Origin: a virus
IMG/VR virus record: IMGVR_UViG_3300009149_000001
Coordinates: 1 to 64,000 of that record
Length of the DNA: 64,000 nt
Reading direction: 5' to 3' (one strand)
Shown: positions 61,319 through 64,000 of the stretch, in pieces
Numbering within the stretch: position 1 is the stretch's first letter
Layout of the letters: each line of letters begins with the position of its first letter
The notes under the pieces: model-generated
Database searches by the model: none
What the model was told of the DNA's origin: nothing
The model's input: the letters and a program-made list of their open reading frames with translations, nothing else
Translations under genes and position numbers: made by a program

Positions 61319-61973
61319 TTGTATACACCAACCAATTGTTGATAGTGAATCAGATGCTAGAGTCTTTTGCAAATATTGTGGTGCGGAGTGGTTTCACAGA
61401 TGAATGTTAATATGATAATGCAAGGACTAGCTCAGATGCAAGATGACATCTATGCCTTTTGGTTAGATGACGCTAACTCCCAACAAGATAAAGACCAAGC
61501 TATACGTGACTTTGGTAAGTGCTTGGATACTATTTTAGATTTAACCTCGCCCGCTACGATTGCAAAGGAAGTTGTTATACAGACCTTGTTAGATAAACAG
61601 AACAAAGGTAAGTTGGCTGCCCTGAAGGAGGAGTTAGGATGAGTACTAATTGTTCTAAATGCCATGAGTCTATTTATTTTTCAGCACCTTATTACAGGAT
61701 AGTGACCGAGTATGAAGGTACTTTTAAAACCTCGACCACGAATGAATACCAACATAAGAAATGTTATGAGGACAAGACATGAGGGGACTTTGCCAATTTT
61801 GTTTTTCATCTAATGAAGAGGTCACCATACATAAGGGAATGCCATCATGCCTAAAATGTGGTAAGGATAAAATTTAATATGCCTTTATCTAGATATTTTA
61901 GATGTGAGAGATGCCAGATTAACTTTGGTAGTATGGAGCAGTTAGGTCAACATAAAAACCAGGAGCACTCAGA

Positions 61974-62663
61974 TTGGTAGATGTATTTATAGCAGCCGAG
62001 ATTGGTTGTAATTGGCATGGCGATTATGAATTATTAAAACGAATGTGTCGTAAAGCACAGGAGGCTGGATGCAATGCAGTTAAGTTTCAAGCACTATCAC
62101 AGCCACTAATTGATCGTCATCCTGAATGGAATTGGTATGAATCAGCAAGTGTTAACGAAATGAACATAGACTTTATCTCTTTATTAGTTACTTCAATGGG
62201 TTTGGAAATGTTTGTTACGCCTTGTTATCCTGAAGCTGTGGAGTTTATTGATCCTTATGTTACTATGTATAAAATTAGATATGCTGATAGAAATAACAAA
62301 GAGATATTAGAAGCTTGTCTTGCTACCGGTAAAGAGGTCATACTTTCAACTGATAGGATGATTGATGATTACGAGTCTAAATACAAACATGGTCAATTAA
62401 AACAGATATATTGTATTCCAAAGTACCCAACTGAGTACGGCGAATTGAACTTCGATATGATAAAGTTATTAAGGGGGTACTCTAATCATTGTTTGAACCC
62501 TATTGCAATACTTAACGCTGTCAGACATGGTGCAGAATATGTCGAATTTCATATCACTGATGACAGAAATGAATTTGCTATTGATAACAAAGTATCACTC
62601 AGCTATGCAGAAATGGATGAAGTCGTTAAATGGATAAGGAGCTATGAAAGAAATCCATTTTAG
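61974..62663 (+). CDS. neuB: Nonulosonic acid synthase (NeuB/PseI family), no C-terminal AFL domain
   Basis: AAEIGCNWHG, AVKFQ, YKI, YP, GYSNH, VEFHIT. Confidence 0.9.
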   Translation: MVDVFIAAEIGCNWHGDYELLKRMCRKAQEAGCNAVKFQALSQPLIDRHPEWNWYESASVNEMNIDFISLLVTSMGLEMFVTPCYPEAVEFIDPYVTMYKIRYADRNNKEILEACLATGKEVILSTDRMIDDYESKYKHGQLKQIYCIPKYPTEYGELNFDMIKLLRGYSNHCLNPIAILNAVRHGAEYVEFHITDDRNEFAIDNKVSLSYAEMDEVVKWIRSYERNPF

Positions 62664-62765
62664 TATTGAAGTAGATGAACTAACTGATAGACAGAGAGAG
62701 CGTTTACATATTCTTATTCGAACTGAATTACAACGAAATACTGAACATCTGGTGATTAAAGGATT

Positions 62766-63383
62766 ATGGCCAATCCCGGAATAATTATACAAGCTCGCTT
62801 GACGAGTGACAGATTTCCAAATAAGATGCTCTGTCCTTTGTACGGTAAACCTGTTATACAATGGACTGTTGAAGCATGCCTGAAATCTGGTTTGCCTTTT
62901 GTAGTTGCAATTCCAGATAAGAGAACTGACTGGGGTCTAGCTGAATGGTTTAAGTTATATGATCCTACAATTGAAGTGTTTTCAGGTCATCCAGATGATT
63001 TAATTTCTAGATTTAAGCATGTAAATAATGTAATGGATTTTGATCCTATTATTAGAGTTTGCGGTGACTCACCAATGATGAAGGTGTCTGATATACATGA
63101 TGCTATGTATCAATTTAATAAATATGGTACATATCAGAGAGTAAACTTGGTAGAAATCTTTTCACAAAAAGAATTAGATTATGCTGCCAACAATGATCCG
63201 TTTATGGCTCGTCGTGAGGATTGTGTTAATATATTAAATCAGACAGTTGATTATCCAGAGGATATAGATAGAATAGAGGGTGAATGGTTATTGGATAACT
63301 CCCAAGATAATAATATGGAATTAAACAAAAATAGAATTAATAATGATTTATCAGATTATCAATCAGGAGAAACAGGACTTTAA
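62766..63383 (+). CDS. Cytidylyltransferase (SpsF/NeuA/KdsB-like)
   Basis: IIIQARLTSDRFPNK, RVCGDSP, TVDYPEDI. Confidence 0.9.
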   Translation: MANPGIIIQARLTSDRFPNKMLCPLYGKPVIQWTVEACLKSGLPFVVAIPDKRTDWGLAEWFKLYDPTIEVFSGHPDDLISRFKHVNNVMDFDPIIRVCGDSPMMKVSDIHDAMYQFNKYGTYQRVNLVEIFSQKELDYAANNDPFMARREDCVNILNQTVDYPEDIDRIEGEWLLDNSQDNNMELNKNRINNDLSDYQSGETGL

Positions 63384-63830
63384 ATGAACGGATTAAAAAT
63401 AACTGATGAGTCTTTAAAAAAACATCAAGAAGAAAGACAAACAGCAGCAGCTTTAGGATTTAAATTAATCAAACAATTTGTAACAGATTATCCGAACACT
63501 GAATATCCATCAGTTGATGATAATTTAATTGAAACATTTTGTAGAGGTGCTAGATTATTGGGTATGTATCACATGGTATTACCAGAAGATGATACATTTT
63601 GTCCGACTTGTAAATACACGACAGGTAAATTAAAGAATTGTCTATCACTTCATACAATGGAAGGTTCGGGCAAAGATTCAACACTTTGTATATATTGTAG
63701 TTATGAAGGAACTATACAAGATTTGGGAATGAGTTTATCATTTGGTGATGAAGAAGATCATGATTGGAACATACAGAAAGAACATGACTATTATAATAAA
63801 GCCATATTAAAAGCAGAGGGTTGGAATTGA
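63384..63830 (+). CDS. Zinc-ribbon hypothetical protein
   Basis: CPTC and CIYC. Confidence 0.55.
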   Translation: MNGLKITDESLKKHQEERQTAAALGFKLIKQFVTDYPNTEYPSVDDNLIETFCRGARLLGMYHMVLPEDDTFCPTCKYTTGKLKNCLSLHTMEGSGKDSTLCIYCSYEGTIQDLGMSLSFGDEEDHDWNIQKEHDYYNKAILKAEGWN

Positions 63831-64000
63831 CTAATAGAGTATTAATAGTTGGTGCAGGGCCTTCCCTCAAATCTAATATAGCTGATTTTAAAAGGTTAGG
63901 AGATTTCGATGGGACTGTTATTGCTACTGATGCAGCTATTCAGCATTTACTCAGAGCGGATATCGTACCAACTGTCGGTGCTTGTCTCGAAGATCTTGCG
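63827..64000 (+). CDS. DUF115/MAF_flag10 (Maf/MptE-like) protein, 3'-truncated
   Basis: MTNRVLIVGAGPSL...VIATDAA..L....IVP. Confidence 0.8.
   Translation, partial: MTNRVLIVGAGPSLKSNIADFKRLGDFDGTVIATDAAIQHLLRADIVPTVGACLEDLA

Larger units (their letters stand above)
1..64000. mobile_element. Tailed archaeal virus genome segment (Caudoviricetes, siphovirus-like), probable Nitrososphaerota host
   Basis: Terminase-portal-protease-MCP-tail tube-tape measure gene order; archaeal-type PolB, XPF and wHTH; TATA promoters about 25 nt before ATG; oligo-T terminators; no cellular housekeeping genes. Confidence 0.92.

Noticed and set aside
1-64000. Integrase/att sites or an amoC auxiliary gene
   Set aside because: None recognised in this window, so lifestyle and host remain inferred

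Overview
The window reads as a large part of a tailed dsDNA archaeal virus genome (HK97-type head, siphovirus-like tail). The probable host is an ammonia-oxidising Nitrososphaerota/Nitrosopumilus-like archaeon. This host call is inferred from an archaeal PolB with a PIP box, an XPF/ERCC4 nuclease, an archaeal wHTH, TATA promoters with leaderless genes and oligo-T terminators. There are three blocks. (1) 1-14.8 kb, + strand: replication and nucleotide modification, with PolB, a Cas4-like nuclease, XPF, an MCM-like AAA+ ATPase and a full preQ0 7-deazaguanine set (FolE, QueD, QueE, QueC, TGT/DpdA-like), plus a phosphoribosyltransferase and an NDT-like protein. (2) 15-45.8 kb, - strand: morphogenesis, with TerS, TerL, portal, prohead protease, scaffold, MCP, neck, tail tube, a frameshifting tail chaperone, tape measure, tail tip/fibres and 2OG-Fe(II) oxygenases. 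(3) 46.5-64 kb, mostly + strand: an early/accessory region. It holds about 18 copies of a TATA-containing motif in both orientations that drive micro-ORFs and apparent antisense transcripts, four wHTH paralogues, iteron-like repeats, several highly structured non-coding stretches (one about 640 nt, ROOL/GOLLD-like in size and helix density), a HerA-like ATPase and a NeuB/SpsF/Maf-like nonulosonic-acid module. All calls come from reading motifs by eye; no database searches or folding runs were possible.
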